DNA of 64,000 nt from assembly GCF_018977255.1 (NCBI RefSeq), contig NW_024704742.1, forward strand, positions 112,718,001 to 112,782,000, in the 5' to 3' direction. This DNA is from Callorhinchus milii. Its lineage: Eukaryota. This document shows positions 25,190-37,513 of the stretch, one piece after another. The position numbers and the translations under genes were made by a program. Each line of letters opens with the position of its first letter. Positions within the stretch are counted from its first letter, which is position 1. The notes under the pieces were generated by a model, which was given only the letters and a program-made list of their open reading frames with translations, had not been told where the DNA came from and did not search any database.

Positions 25190-25470
25190 TTTTTCTCTTT
25201 GACCGAGCCTTCAGCTCCCCTCTCGACTCTCTTCCCCCTCCTCCCTCCCTTCCCTCCCCTCACCCTGACCATTTCCCCCCTCCTCGCTCCCTCCCTTCCC
25301 TCCCCTCACCCTGACCATTTCCCCCTCCTCGCTCCCTCCCTTCCCTCCCCTCACCCTGACCATTTCCCCCCTGCTCGGGTCATGACCCAACTGTGCAGCG
25401 CCTTGGGACGTCCTCCTGACGTGAAAGGCGCTTTATAAATGGAATCTTGTTGTTGTTGTTGTTGTTGTTG
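25190..25470 (+). mobile_element. Young L2 3' end containing a 45-46 bp tandem triplication
   Basis: CACCCTGACCATTT recurs at 25261, 25307 and 25352; perfect L2 stem-loop and (TTG)n tail. Confidence 0.9.
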
Positions 25471-25522
25471 CCTACCCTAAGCAATGTTCCAGCTGTGCTG
25501 GGCAAGCCCACTGACACATTGT

Positions 25523-25833
25523 TATAATCCTTGCATTTGATATAGTGCTTTTTCACGTCTTCTAGACGTCTCAAAGCACTTCACAGAATATACTGGAAAG
25601 TGAATTGACCGTATATTTGTGAGCAAAACGTGGTACCACTTGCGCACAGCAGTGTCTCACAAACAGTAGTGGATAGAAGTGACTGATTTTTTTATTATTG
25701 TTTTTTTTTCTTGAGGGATTATTATCAGGCATGTGGAGTAAGGAAACTTGCCCAAGGTTTCGCCCTGCCGGGAATCGAACCTAGGTCTCTTGCTTGCAAG
25801 GCGAGTGCTCTAACCACTGAGCTACAGGATTTC
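25523..25833 (-). mobile_element. tRNA-Ala SINE, short subfamily
   Basis: Reverse complement of the full SINE consensus. Confidence 0.93.
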
Positions 25834-26898
25834 TACTCATCTTCTCATTTACTGGTGAACAGAACCTGTAATACACACATATACAAATATATAAACCCCC
25901 ACTTCACTACATACACTCAAACTTGAACACAAATGTGCACAAATACGTGAATGATTGGACCAGCTATTCTACTTGCAAACAGCAGAATTTGGTCATGGGC
26001 TGTGGAGGGGAAAGAGTTGATAATTAAGATCCTTTGTTACTTCAAACATAACTAGACTTTACAAAAAACAATTTGTTTGATACCATAATCCCTATTCATG
26101 AAACACTAGATTCTAAAATGCATATTGTGCTATTATTGCCAGCCACAGTTTAGACCCTACTATGTACTTTTGGTGGTATTGGTATTTTTTTGGGGAGGAC
26201 TTATCATTTTAGAGACTGATGGCTACATTGTTTTCCCCAGAAAATATACAGTCACTTTACAGTAGATTCTGTGAAGCGCTTTGAGACGTCTTGAAGACGT
26301 GATATTAACTTTATGATACAGCACTCTGTTAGCTTCCTACGGATCCACATGTCATTATATACGTAGAGGTCAGGAGATTCAGCTGCTTGCTGTTTAACAT
26401 CAGCATGCATCCAGATAAAATATTTTGTGTGTGGCTCAGAGATTTCAGTGAGCTGAAAAACGCAGCTAATATGTTTGGTGGCCTGAAAATAGCTGTTGAA
26501 ATAATCCACTGAAAAAAATTGCAAATCAGTTGAACTTATAGGATCATTTAGCCGATTGTGCTTCTTCCATATTCCTCTTTTAAGCTATCAACTCTGGTTC
26601 CATTTCACTGCTCTTCCCCAAATCCTTTTATGTTCCAATATTTTATCCCTCTAAAATATCAAACTTAATCCAGCTTCTTTAGTTACTTTTTATGGCACCT
26701 TCAATATCCTGATAACCTTTTGTGTAAAACAAAATATTTCTAACCTTTACTTTTATATTTCCAGTAAGTATCTTTAATAAATGCCAACTTATTGTTGATT
26801 TGCAACAACAACTTGCATTTATATACTGTTCTTCATGCAGGGTAGCATCTCGGACCTGTTAAAATTTAACAATCAACAATAATTTTTAAGAATTGCTG

Positions 26899-27147
26899 AG
26901 GGTGAAACCCTGGACAAGTTTCCTTACTCCACACGCCTAATAATAATCCCTCCAAAGCAAAAAATAAATAAATTGGTCATTTTCAATCCACGACTGTTTG
27001 TGGGACACTGCTGTGCGCAATTGGCTGCCGCGTTTTGCCCATAAATGTACGGTCAATTCACTTTACAGTATATTCTGTGAAGCGCTTTGAGACGTCTAGA
27101 AGATGTTGAAAAGCGCTATATCAAATGTAAGGATTATTATTATTATT
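26899..27147 (+). mobile_element. tRNA-Ala SINE, short subfamily, 5'-truncated
   Basis: Begins at GGGTGAAACC; body and (ATT)n tail intact. Confidence 0.9.
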
Positions 27148-27654
27148 AAGATCGGCTTCCGAATTCAGACTGAATTTTCAGGTCCTTGGGATATTCTTCC
27201 AACGCGAAAGATGCTAGGGTAAATTTAATTTGTTGCTATTGTTAAGAATTTTCCAAACATCTGCACATTATTTAAGAAAAAAACTTAATGTTAAGACCAT
27301 CAGAAATGCTACATTTTCAATGCTATAACAGCTCAATAAATGAGGGATTAACCTTTATATAGTGTCTTACTGTATCAAGATACTGCATATTGCTTAAACC
27401 AGTAGTGTTTATAATATAGATAATACAGCTTACGTGGTTCACTCCTTCCCCACATGTGGCCTTCAACATACTTGCTGTTCCATGTGCTTTAATGACAAAA
27501 AATAAGGAAATGCTATTAAGAGACAACCTTGCCCTAATGTTGCCAGAGCAAGTAAAATTTCCTGTGACTTTCTTGGCCTTTCTGTAGGAAATGTCAGTCT
27601 TTATTACGCATATACCCCATTGAAACTAAGAGCTCACTGTATGCTGAATTGTAG

Positions 27655-27980
27655 ATGTCAGCCCAACTCAGCTGGTAATCCTCTTTTCTCTGAGTCAGAA
27701 GATTGTGGGTTGAAGTCTCAAGCTGGGAATTTAAATGTCTAAGCTAACATTCCATTGCAGTCCTGCATTGTTGGAAGTGACATTTTCAGAGGAGACTTTA
27801 AATTGAAGTCTTATCAGTTTAGGTGGACTTTCAAGATCATATGGCATTATTTAATAAGAGAAGGGAGTTTCACCTGTGTCCTGGCAAACAATCCCCAGAT
27901 AAAAAATTTGATCATTCACTTCATGGCTGTTTTGAGCACTGGCTGTGTGCAAATTGGCTATTGTGTTCGCCTACAAATAC
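27655..27980 (+). mobile_element. DeuSINE ending in a fold-back rearrangement
   Basis: CTGAGTCAGAAGATTGTGGGTTGAAG head and Deu core. Confidence 0.8.
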
Positions 27981-28174
27981 ATTTGTAGGCAAACACAATA
28001 GCCAATTGTACACAATAGCGAATTGAACACAATAGTCAATTCAAAAAGTCTCTGACATTCTTTGAAACACTATATTAAATGGAGGCTTATTATTTGATGT
28101 ACGTAAAATGGCTGCTGCATTTGGCATTATAAAAAAATCAGTATGTGGTAATTACAGTGCAGTGCTTTGAAATA

Positions 28175-28460
28175 AATTATCTTTGCATTTGATATAGAGC
28201 CTTAACACGTCATCAAGATATCTCACATGCTTCACAGGATATACTGTAAAGTGGCATGACAGTGCCTATTTTGTGAGCGAATACAGCAGCTGCTAATTTG
28301 TACGCGGCAATGTCCCACAAACAGCCATGGAATGAGTGACCAATATTATTTTTTGAGAAATTGTTGGCTAGGATACTGCCTTCTTCTTTTTGAATAGTGC
28401 CATGAGATCTTTAACGTCCAACTAGACAGACAGATGGGACCTTGATTTAACACCTGATTG
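28175..28460 (-). mobile_element. DeuSINE 3' part
   Basis: TTGAATAGTGCCATGAGATCTTTAACGTCCA plus tail. Confidence 0.75.
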
Positions 28461-28561
28461 AATGGTGAAATAGTAAATGTAACAATGCAATTTTTTCTTT
28501 CTGTTTTAAAACAGTCCCTGTAAACCTGATTATACCAAGAGCACTAAAGAAACAAAAATCT

Positions 28562-28639
28562 TTCCTTCCTTCCTTCCTTCCTTCCTTCCTTCCTTCCTTC
28601 CTTCCTTCCTTCCTTCCTTCCTTCTTTCTTTCTTTCTTT
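28562..28639. repeat. (CCTT)n(CTTT)n microsatellite
   Basis: Directly visible; source of the KEGR-repeat pseudo-ORFs. Confidence 0.97.
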
Positions 28640-28959
28640 GGGCCAATCGTCCCCCCACCCCGCCTGTCTATCTGTCTCTCTTCCAGTAAACATATCGCTG
28701 GGGAGGAACTCACCATGGAAGGAATCCAGCATTGGTGTCCAGAGAGAGAAATTCCACCTGGGTCAAGATTTACACCATTTATATGTCACTTCAGAATGTC
28801 CAGAATTTGTCAAATTCTTAAATACAGGTTTAGGCTTAGCCCCATGCTGCCTAATCATAGCTAAAGGGGTTTAGCTATGACTGAATAGTCTGGGGTTATA
28901 TTATATCCATTACAAGGAGGTATAGCCTTAAAATCACAACCAAGACAGTCAGAACAGAG

Positions 28960-29080
28960 GCCAGGAAGCATTTATTCATTTTCCATTCATAGGTAGCGTA
29001 TGTAGATCTCCAAGTCTGCTTTTGATACTCTTAAGCTTAAGCAGTTTTTGCACGTTGTAAGATACAAGGCTGACCAAAAA
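28960..29080 (+). mobile_element. Unclassified GGCTGACC-poly(A) retroposon, short 3' fragment
   Basis: GATACTCTTAAGC...GGCTGACCAAAAA matches 38092-38153. Confidence 0.6.
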
Positions 29081-29834
29081 GAAAAGACTTGCAAAGAAGC
29101 ATTTTTCTGAAAGCCTCAGATTGTTTCAGATAAAGCTAATGTGCTGCTTTTATACCACTGGCAGCTAAGGCTGAAGTAAAACCAGTGGGGTGAAACCATC
29201 ATTATCAACAGCTTCTTAGAAATGAAGCAACAGTCATTATAATTAACAGTGTGCGTCTTCCTTGTTTGAGATTCAATATTTTATTGAATGTTGAGGCATC
29301 TCTCCTTCAATGCAGCAATTTCACATTGAATCCCGTGGTGGGGTGCGACTTTAGATAAGTAACAAAGATAGAGTGAGAGAAAGAAAGAGACAACAATCAT
29401 CTGAGCCCAACTGGCTGGACAATAATGCCTTTTTGTTCTGTTTCCAGAAACAATTTTCAAATGGGGTCTGGTACTGCAAGCTGCTTAATATATATTTACA
29501 AGTGAATTCTGCTGGCTTTGATCCTATTAGAGACTGAAAGCTTTTGTGCATCTGTGCAGTCAATCTCCAAGTACAACAGATGTGGTTGAATTAATTCCAT
29601 CCCGTATACTGCATCTTTGTTATATTTTGTAAAGCCTTTGTATTAGTGACATTCAGTAAGCTACACTTTGACCATAATGAATTGCTTTCACAAGGCTTCA
29701 CCTGAGGTGACACACAGGAACGCATACTCTGGACCTTACAGAAAGCGGTGACTGCTGAGCACTGCCAGTTCACTGGCCTTAAAGCCTGGAATACAGGAAT
29801 TTCCACCCTCAGCACACACTTCCCAAGCATCATA

Positions 29835-30215
29835 TCAGCCTGGGTCAGTTGGTAGCAAATCCTGCCTCAGAGTGAGCTGATTGTGGGTTCAAGCCCTACG
29901 GTTAAGATTTTGTTCTCATAGTCTAAGCTGACATTCCAATGCACCATTGAGCGTGTGCTGCATTGTCGAAGGTCCTGTCTGACATCAATGATTCCATGGT
30001 ACTATTTGAAAACAGAAGGGATATGTCCCTGTGTCCTGGTCCACAATCCCCCATATAAAAATTGGTCATTCACTTCATAGTTGTTTGTTGCAAAAACTGT
30101 TGTGTGCGAAATTGTCTGGCAAAAATTCGCTACACTTTACACTGAATCTTGTGATGTGCCTTGAGACATTCTCCTGATGTGAAAGGTGCTATATCAAAAG
30201 TAACAAATATTATTA
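29835..30215 (+). mobile_element. DeuSINE
   Basis: Head CAGTTGGTAGC..GTGGGTTCAAGCCC, GCTGCATTGTCG, and tail. Confidence 0.8.
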
Positions 30216-30583
30216 TCTGAAAAAGAAAAAAGGAAAACAGCAGTATGTTCATTTCTTGAAATGTAATTTGAATTATTTAGTGTGTGAAGCCAAGCCCCTG
30301 ACTCTCTGAGTAACCAGCAACATTCAGGCGCTTTCTTCTTTTCTGGTTATACCATTTACCCACAATTATACAATTTATATTTATAAAGTGTCTCTTACAT
30401 CGGGAGGTCAAAGCACGTAAATTCTAAATTTAACATGATCGGTCAGGTTATAATATTTCTATAATATATAAAATTAGTAGTTTCATTCACTAAACTTTAA
30501 GAGGTTTTTAGTTTTTATAATAATCGTCATATTGATCACATCGGCGAGATGGATGTAATAATAATAATTGCATTATGATAGGC

Positions 30584-30890
30584 GAGGCGAAACCTTAGAC
30601 AAGTTTCCTTATCCCACACACACGCCTCTGCTTAAATAGCAGTAAGTAGGAACCTGCTTGTTAGTCGACTGGCGTAACTATCTCTGGAGGAAATAATCCC
30701 TTCAAAATAACAATAAAAATGTGGTCAATCAATCCACGGCTGTTTGTGGAACGCTGCTATGCGCAATTGGCTGAGCGTTTCACCCACAAAAGACACAGTC
30801 ACTACATTTTACAGTATATTCTGTGACGTGCTTTGAGACATCTCAACAACATGATAATGCATTAAATCAAATGCAAGGTTTATTATTATA
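30584..30890 (+). mobile_element. tRNA-Ala SINE, long subfamily, 5'-truncated
   Basis: GGCGAAACCTT..GCAGTAAGTAGGAACC..tail. Confidence 0.85.
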
Positions 30891-31140
30891 GTGTCTTATC
30901 ATGTCTTTGAGACATCACAAAGTACTTCACAGAATAAGCTGTAAAGTCCTTTGACTGTATATTTTGTGGATATGCACGGCAGCCCACACCAACGTCCCCC
31001 AAACAGTCATGCAGTGAGTGAGCAATTTATATAGGTGACTGTTGTCCTGGACACCAGGAGATACTCTCTTCTCTTTTCAAGTTGTGCTTTGGAATCTTTA
31101 ACATCCAGCAGATGGGACCTCCGTTTGTTGTCTCATCAGA
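30890..31140 (-). mobile_element. DeuSINE 3' part
   Basis: GGACACCAGGAG..ATCTTTAACATCCA. Confidence 0.7.
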
Positions 31141-31859
31141 AGAACTTCAGGAGTTTTCAAACTCCAATTTCTGGATGAAGATCTGTATGTTCGTATTACT
31201 TTGAGAATCGCTTAAGTCTACAAGTTTCAGAGAAATTAATATAGGAGAAATGGGAGCATTTAGAAAGCTTTTCACTTTCACACGTTGCAGCCAATTATCA
31301 TCAAATGGAACTTATGCTGCAGGAAGTATTCTGAATACAGCTAAGTAAGTGCTCATGAAGCTTGAGCTGAAACACCAGTAGGTCTGTGATTCCATTGAAA
31401 GGCAAAAGGGAAGGATGTGATAATAAGATGTGAATGATAGTTCCGTGGGTACTTAAAGCCACCTGGTGCGTATGTTTGCCTGAAATGTGCTAAATTGCTG
31501 CTCTGTTGCTGAGAACAAATCCAGGAATTGCATATCTTCCGATCATGTTGATTTCCGTGGCTGTCAGCTGCCAAGATCAATTTTGAGCTTCTGCCCTTCA
31601 AGCTGTTCCCTGGGAAACAATGGTATCTAATTTGCAGTATTACCTAGCAGGATACTTTAAATAACAATCTGATGCAAACTGCTCTAGAGATGGAGTTCTC
31701 CCAGGTTGCCCTCCCTTTCTCCCTAAATCTATTTGCCTTGCACTGATTCTTCCCTGTTTTCAAATACCATCTAAAATCTATTCCTCTCACTGTGGCTTCG
31801 GTCACCTTCCTCTTACTCCCTATATCTCCCACTCAGTTCAGGTTCTGTAAAGAGCTTTG

Positions 31860-32566
31860 GAAGAGCAATGAGGATGGTCCCTGGTGTCAAAGGAATGAGC
31901 TATGAGCAACTATTAGACAAGATAGGGCTTGTCAGTCTTGAAAGAAGATAATAATAATAATCCTTGCATTTGATATAGTGCATTTCACGTCTCCTAGACT
32001 TCTCAAAGCGCTTCACAGAATAGACTGTAAAGTGAATTGATTGTATAGTTGTAGGTGAAATGCAGCAGCCAATTGCATACAGCAGTGTCCCCAAACAGTC
32101 GTGGATTGAAATGACCAATTTTTTTTTTTGAGGGATTATTATTAGGCGTGTGGAGTAAGGCAACTTGGCCAGGGTTTCACCTTGCTGGGAATCAAACCCA
32201 GGACTTTCGCTTGCAAAGCGAGTGCTCTAACCACTGAGCTGCAGGATCCCACTGACTCAGAGGGGACCTCATAGAAGTGTAGAAAATTTTAAATAGAATT
32301 GAGAAAGTAAAGCCAGATCAACACTTTAGGCTGTACCAAGACAAGAGATCAAAAGGACATAATAATAGATTGTGTGGAGTATTTTTATGAAATAACAGGA
32401 AGTTTCACTTTATGCAGAGGGTAATCAACGACTGGAATAGGTTGCCAGGAAAAGTGCCTAATGCCAGAACACTGAATTCATTTATAAAGCAGCTTGATGC
32501 TGTGATCGAGGATGGTAGGGTGAATGTACTAGAAGGACCAAAAGGGCCCTTCATTGAAACAAATCT
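31860..32566 (+). mobile_element. CR1 3' fragment interrupted by a SINE (31949-32250)
   Basis: RMVPGVKGMSYEQ..SLERR | LRGDLIEV..FMQRVINDWNRLP..FIKQLD, CR1 C-terminal motifs. Confidence 0.85.
31949..32250 (-). mobile_element. tRNA-Ala SINE, short subfamily, nested in CR1
   Basis: Reverse complement of the SINE consensus. Confidence 0.92.
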
Positions 32567-32890
32567 TAATAATAATAATAATAATAATCCTTGCATTTGA
32601 TATAGCGCTTTTCACGTCTTCTAGATATCCCAAAGCGCTTCACAGAATATACTGTAAAGTGAATTGACTGTATATTTGTGGGCGTACGCGGCAGCCAATT
32701 GCGCACAGCAATGTCCCACAAACAGTCATGGGTTGAAAATGACCAATTTATTATTGTTTTTGTTTTTTTGGAGGGATTATTATCAGACGTGTGGAGTAAG
32801 GAAACTTGCCCAAGGTTTCGCCCTGCCTGGAATTGAACTCAGGTCTCTCACTTGCAAAGCGAGTGCTCTAACCATTGAGCTACAAGACTC
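32567..32890 (-). mobile_element. Young tRNA-Ala SINE, short subfamily
   Basis: Reverse complement of the SINE consensus with an (AAT)n tail. Confidence 0.95.
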
Positions 32891-34169
32891 CATATCTTGT
32901 GAGATGGTTTGCTGTGTGAAAAGTACTATATAAATCCAAATTGTTGTTCCTGGTGGGAATTGTAAAGAATTAAGAAAGAAGTTAAGAAATACTATAACTT
33001 AGACCCACATTTTGATAGCAAGAAAATAGTACAATCAAGCAAGAAAAGGCCCAACACTGCTTTATTGTTAAACAAACATCTGAGAAGAAAAATAACAAAA
33101 GACAAAGGGAAAAAGGAAAGGCGGAGAGAGCAGGTTTGACAGGTGAAATGGTCCCCTTCTGTGCTGAAAAATTCAATAATTCTAGGATTCTAAGTAGGAG
33201 CGGAGCAAAGCCTGTTTTTTTTAATGAAAAACTAATGAAACTGCATGAGCACCTGACATTTCTAAATGCTTTCTGTGAGAAAATCAAAAGGTTATGCAAA
33301 TATCAATGAAGCTGTCAGGTGGGCGAGTCAATGTATTCCAGGAAGGGTTTCCTTGGGGCTGAATCAATATGTTTAATCATTACTTTGTCTATGTTCAAAG
33401 GAAGAATGGTGCATAACTGTTGGGGGCAGAGGACAATAGGTGGTGCACCCCGCAGCCCACCAAACAACTCATTATTCATGATGGGAGGGGGTGTAATGAA
33501 CCTGCTGAGGGAGGGGGGTGGGGGAGAGGAACTTGAAAGAAGTCAATTCTTGGTTTGTGAAATTGTTGGATGAGAGAAAACTCTCATAATAGCTTGGGTA
33601 TTATTCAGATAAGACTTGTAATAAATTGCACGAGAATGCCATTGCGCACATGCAACAATTATAGTTCACGGACAGATAGCATTCTGTTTGTATCAAAGAG
33701 TATTGCAATAGTGTCTGAACGAGTATGTCTGCATTTGTGTAAATAATGGAGTGAAGTTTGCGGTGTTTCATATAATAATTCCCCCCGCTCCCATCCCAGA
33801 CATAGACACAGTAATTTTGACGAAGGAAATGCCCCAATAAAGAAAATCTCTGGCCTAGTCCCCTCGATCGGTAAAATATTTTTTTGGGTGAGGAGAGCCA
33901 TAATAAAAATAAAAATGAGGCCTTGAATTAACTGTACAAAAATGCTCACGTCAAAATGTTACAATGGCTGGATTTGCAAAGAGGCAATCCACTTTCCTTG
34001 TGGAGTGTGTGGTGTTATATTACCTACTAGATGAAAATAGGCATCGTTGCATGCATATTCAATAGTTGTTCATAAACATCATTCATAAAACTCAATAAAT
34101 TCAAGCTCTGCTGCTAGTATCCTCACCTACACCATCTCCGTACCCCCAGCATCCCAGTGGTTGGTTGGA

Positions 34170-34460
34170 TCCACTGGTTCCCTATTGAAGAAAGACTTCT
34201 GGCCTGATTGCACCACTTCTGTTTGCAAATGATATTGTGCTACTGGTGGACTCACGCAGGGAGTTTCTGCGCTGCACTCCCATCTGGGCCAACCAGTGGT
34301 GGTGGATGTCATTCCAAGTGCGGAATCATGGTTATGCACAGCTCAAGGGAAGACAATGGAGGCAATTGGTTGGACGATACAAGGGGCATCAGTCCCAATT
34401 GTTGATTCTTTGTGTTACCTGGGGTTCGCAATGGACACCAACTTTTGCTTGGACTGTGCC
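34170..34460 (+). pseudogene. Decayed non-LTR reverse transcriptase fragment, probably not CR1/L2 (RTE/RTEX/L1-like)
   Basis: Across frameshifts: LLFANDIVLL..WANQW..SKCGIMV..IQGASVPIVDSLCYLG, i.e. the FADD motif through the YLG motif. Confidence 0.6.
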
Positions 34461-34489
34461 TTCAGCCACCTTCCTCTGCATTAGAAATG

Positions 34490-34770
34490 TGTCATCCTGG
34501 CTTAGTTGACAACACTTCTGAGTCACAAGGTTGTGGGTTCAAGCCCCAAATTGAAACTTTGAGCTGATAGTCTAGGCTGGCATTCCAATGTGTGATGCTG
34601 GGGGTGGTTTGGAAATGCTGTTTTGGAAATACCTTCTTTCAGATGAGATATTACATTGATGTTCTGCCTGATCAAGTGGATGCTAAAGATCTCATGGCAC
34701 TATTTGAAAAGAGAAAGAAGTTTTCTCCTGATGTCCTGACCAAAAAATCCCCAGAAAAAAAAGTATTTTG
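34490..34770 (+). mobile_element. DeuSINE 5' part
   Basis: CTGAGTCACAAGGTTGTGGGTTCAAGCCCC head; AAAGATCTCATGGCACTATTTG. Confidence 0.8.
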
Positions 34771-35453
34771 ATCCATCCAGGGTTTTCTATTTTGAAAGTT
34801 GTATAAGGAGAGAGAGAGAGAAGCTGTTGTCACTTTCTGTGATTCAAAGGCTCAGGAGGATGTACCAGTTTCTCTGCTTGTTAGTGGATCAACATGTTCA
34901 AACGTCTTGGTTGTCCTATTACACATCCTGACCTTTTTGTTGGCCTTTGATTTTGGATCATCAGGATCTGATCCTCAGCTATCTCTTCTGAATTTCAAAC
35001 CCGATGAGGGGAGGGAGGGCATGAAAAGACCCTTCTGCTGCTTCTCCATTTTGTCTTTGAGCTTCAAGGTTAGTTAGAGGTTTGAGGCTGAGGTTGATAC
35101 TGGGATTAATACTCAGGTTATTGTGTCTGGTAGTCATTAATCATATATATCACTCGTTTGTCATCCCACGCCTGCTCCAGCGCTCCCAGCCGTCCCTGCT
35201 CCTCCTGCTCTGCCCCTTACCCTCAAATGAACCAAAAGTTTCACAACGCACCTTGGAATGTACCTTCAAGGGACTTGGAGACGCAGGGGTGCTGGGTGCT
35301 GAAGGAGGTCATTCAGCCCAAAAGTTTAAATGTTTTTTATTAATTCCACTTTCCGGCCCTGAAACAGAAGGAGATTTCCGCTCCCACCAACACACTTCCC
35401 ATTTGTAAGTAGTGTCGTAAGCTTCTCTCTTTTTGCATATTTATAGTTTATAT

Positions 35454-35512
35454 GGGACGTCCTCCTGACGTGAAAGGCGCTTTATAAATGGAATCTTGTT
35501 GTTGTTGTTGTT
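35454..35512 (+). mobile_element. Extremely 5'-truncated young L2 (stem-loop and tail only)
   Basis: Identical to the tail at about 25405-25465. Confidence 0.9.
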
Positions 35513-35519
35513 ATATATA

Positions 35520-35900
35520 GGAGTTCCAAGGCGTATTGGTTAGCACGCTCGCCTTGCAAACGAGAGGACCTGGGTTCAATTCCAGGTGGGGTGAAAACTT
35601 AGGCAAATTTCTTTACTCCACACGCCTGTTTACCTAACAGTAAGTAAGAATAAGTTGTTAGTCGATTGGTGGATCGCTTTCCGGAGGAAGGAATTCCACA
35701 CAAAATAATGAAATGTGGTTAATCAATCCTTGGCTGTTTGTGGGACACTGCTGTGAGCAATTAGCTGCCATGATTTGCCCACAAAATACTGAGTCAATTC
35801 ACTTTACAGTATATTCAGTGAAGTGCTTTGAGACTTCTCAATGATGTGATAAGTTACTATATCAAATGCAAGGATTTTTTAATTTTAATAATTATTATTA
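35520..35900 (+). mobile_element. tRNA-Ala SINE, long subfamily
   Basis: Diverged head, GCCTGTTTACCTAACAGTAAGTAAG block, tail. Confidence 0.85.
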
Positions 35901-36779
35901 CTATAATAATCTAAACTCTGACAGGAAATCTATGACAGTGTTTATTAACTATGTGAGATGATACAGATCCATACAGACCAAGAATGTCCCAGGCCTATTG
36001 GCTGGCCCTGAGCTTGTTAAACTCAGTTGTCATGGGTAGAGACGAGTGGTGGAGAATAGCAACTTGAATTAGCTTCAAATAGCCTGAGGTAGTGAAGGGG
36101 AAACACTAGGCTCCTGTTTGTTATCCAATGCATGTATGTATTAGGTCAGGGAAAGCTAAGATTAGGCTCAGTTGCAATATTCCCTCGTGGATAACTAACC
36201 TATGAATACTGACTACAGTTTTTAGTTCATGTAATTAGAATGACTACTTGAATCTGAGTCCTGAGAGCCGTGAGTGCCTGCAGAACCATAACCCCTAGCA
36301 TAAGCCACTGTTCTCTGGGAAAGAGGGTAAAATTGGAGTGGTGGTGGGGGAGAGGTCGAAGGGAATCAAAACCTTCACTTCTCAATTTAGCTTGTTCACT
36401 CATCAATGGCCAATAAAATTTTACTGAGCAGATAACTGCACCAATCAATTAAATTGCAGGATTAAGCCTCAATCTTACACATTTCTAGAAGGATTAATCT
36501 GCTCACATTAATTTGTCTACTTTGTACAGATGTGTTACTGAGCCAATGACTTTCAGTCAATGCAGTTGAGTTTGGCCATTGGCTTGTTCAGACTTCACCC
36601 TGGAAAGTAACTCCTAATTACCAAAAATCAATGGCATTCATGTTAGCCTTACTCTTGAGAATGCTGCGTACCACATCATTATATTGATATTAAACATTCA
36701 TGTTATTTTTTAACCTGTGAGTGACATATTATGGGCCAAGAAATTATGATGTTTGGTTGCCAAACATTTAGATTCTACT

Positions 36780-37195
36780 TATAATTATTCTTGATTTGAT
36801 TATAGTGCCTTATCATGTCATGGAGATGTCTCAAAGCACTTCACAAGATTTTACTATTAGAATTGTGACTGTGTATTTGTAGGCAAACTTGCCAGACAAT
36901 TTGCATACAGCAATGTCCACAAACAGCCATGAAGCGAACAAACAATTTTATTTGAGGAATTGTTGACCAGGATAGCGGGAAAAACTACCTTCGCTTTTCA
37001 AATAGAGGCATGGGATCTATCAAAGTCCAGCTGAACAGGCAGCCGGGGCCTTGGTTTAATATCTCATCCATAGGATGACATCTCTGACAATACAGAACAC
37101 CCCAAGCACTGCAAAGTAATATCAACCTGGATAGCTTGAACCCATGACCTTCTGACTCAGATGTGAGAGTGGTACCAGCCTGGCTTAGTTGACAA
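36780..37195 (-). mobile_element. DeuSINE, near full length
   Basis: GGTTTAATATCTCATCC, CCTTCTGACTCAGA head on the reverse strand. Confidence 0.82.
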
Positions 37196-37462
37196 ATATC
37201 AAAACTTATTTTTAAACATTCCAAGTTCAGATTTAAATTCAATGCAACTGGAAAGTTTACTGTTCCATTAAATATTGTAATGGAATAATTTTACAATCAC
37301 TGTGACTTTCTTAAATGCAAGCTACAATCTGAAGCTGGCAAGGATACAGCGAATGATCAATATTATCTGGAGGATTGTTGGCCAGAGGGTCATAGATGTC
37401 TCTGTTTTTTTGTACTCTCTTGTTTGCCATCGCTCTCTTTTTTTGTTAATTTCTTTCTTCAG

Positions 37463-37513
37463 GTTGCCAATCTGCTTCGTACAGATGGCAAAGTTTGTTT
37501 CCTGCAACTGCTG
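37463..37513 (+). other. Candidate 51-nt internal (cassette) exon of an unidentified host gene
   Basis: About 60-nt pyrimidine tract, ttctttcttcAG acceptor, CTG|GTGAGC donor; no stop in any of the three frames; unique sequence. Confidence 0.45.

Noticed and set aside
27993..28042. CRISPR-like repeat array (also 25231-25372)
   Set aside because: The units are adjacent with no unique spacers, there are no cas genes, and the context is eukaryotic.
28447..28732. KEGR-repeat ORFs (and poly-I/poly-Y ORFs at 61379-61829)
   Set aside because: These are translations of microsatellites.
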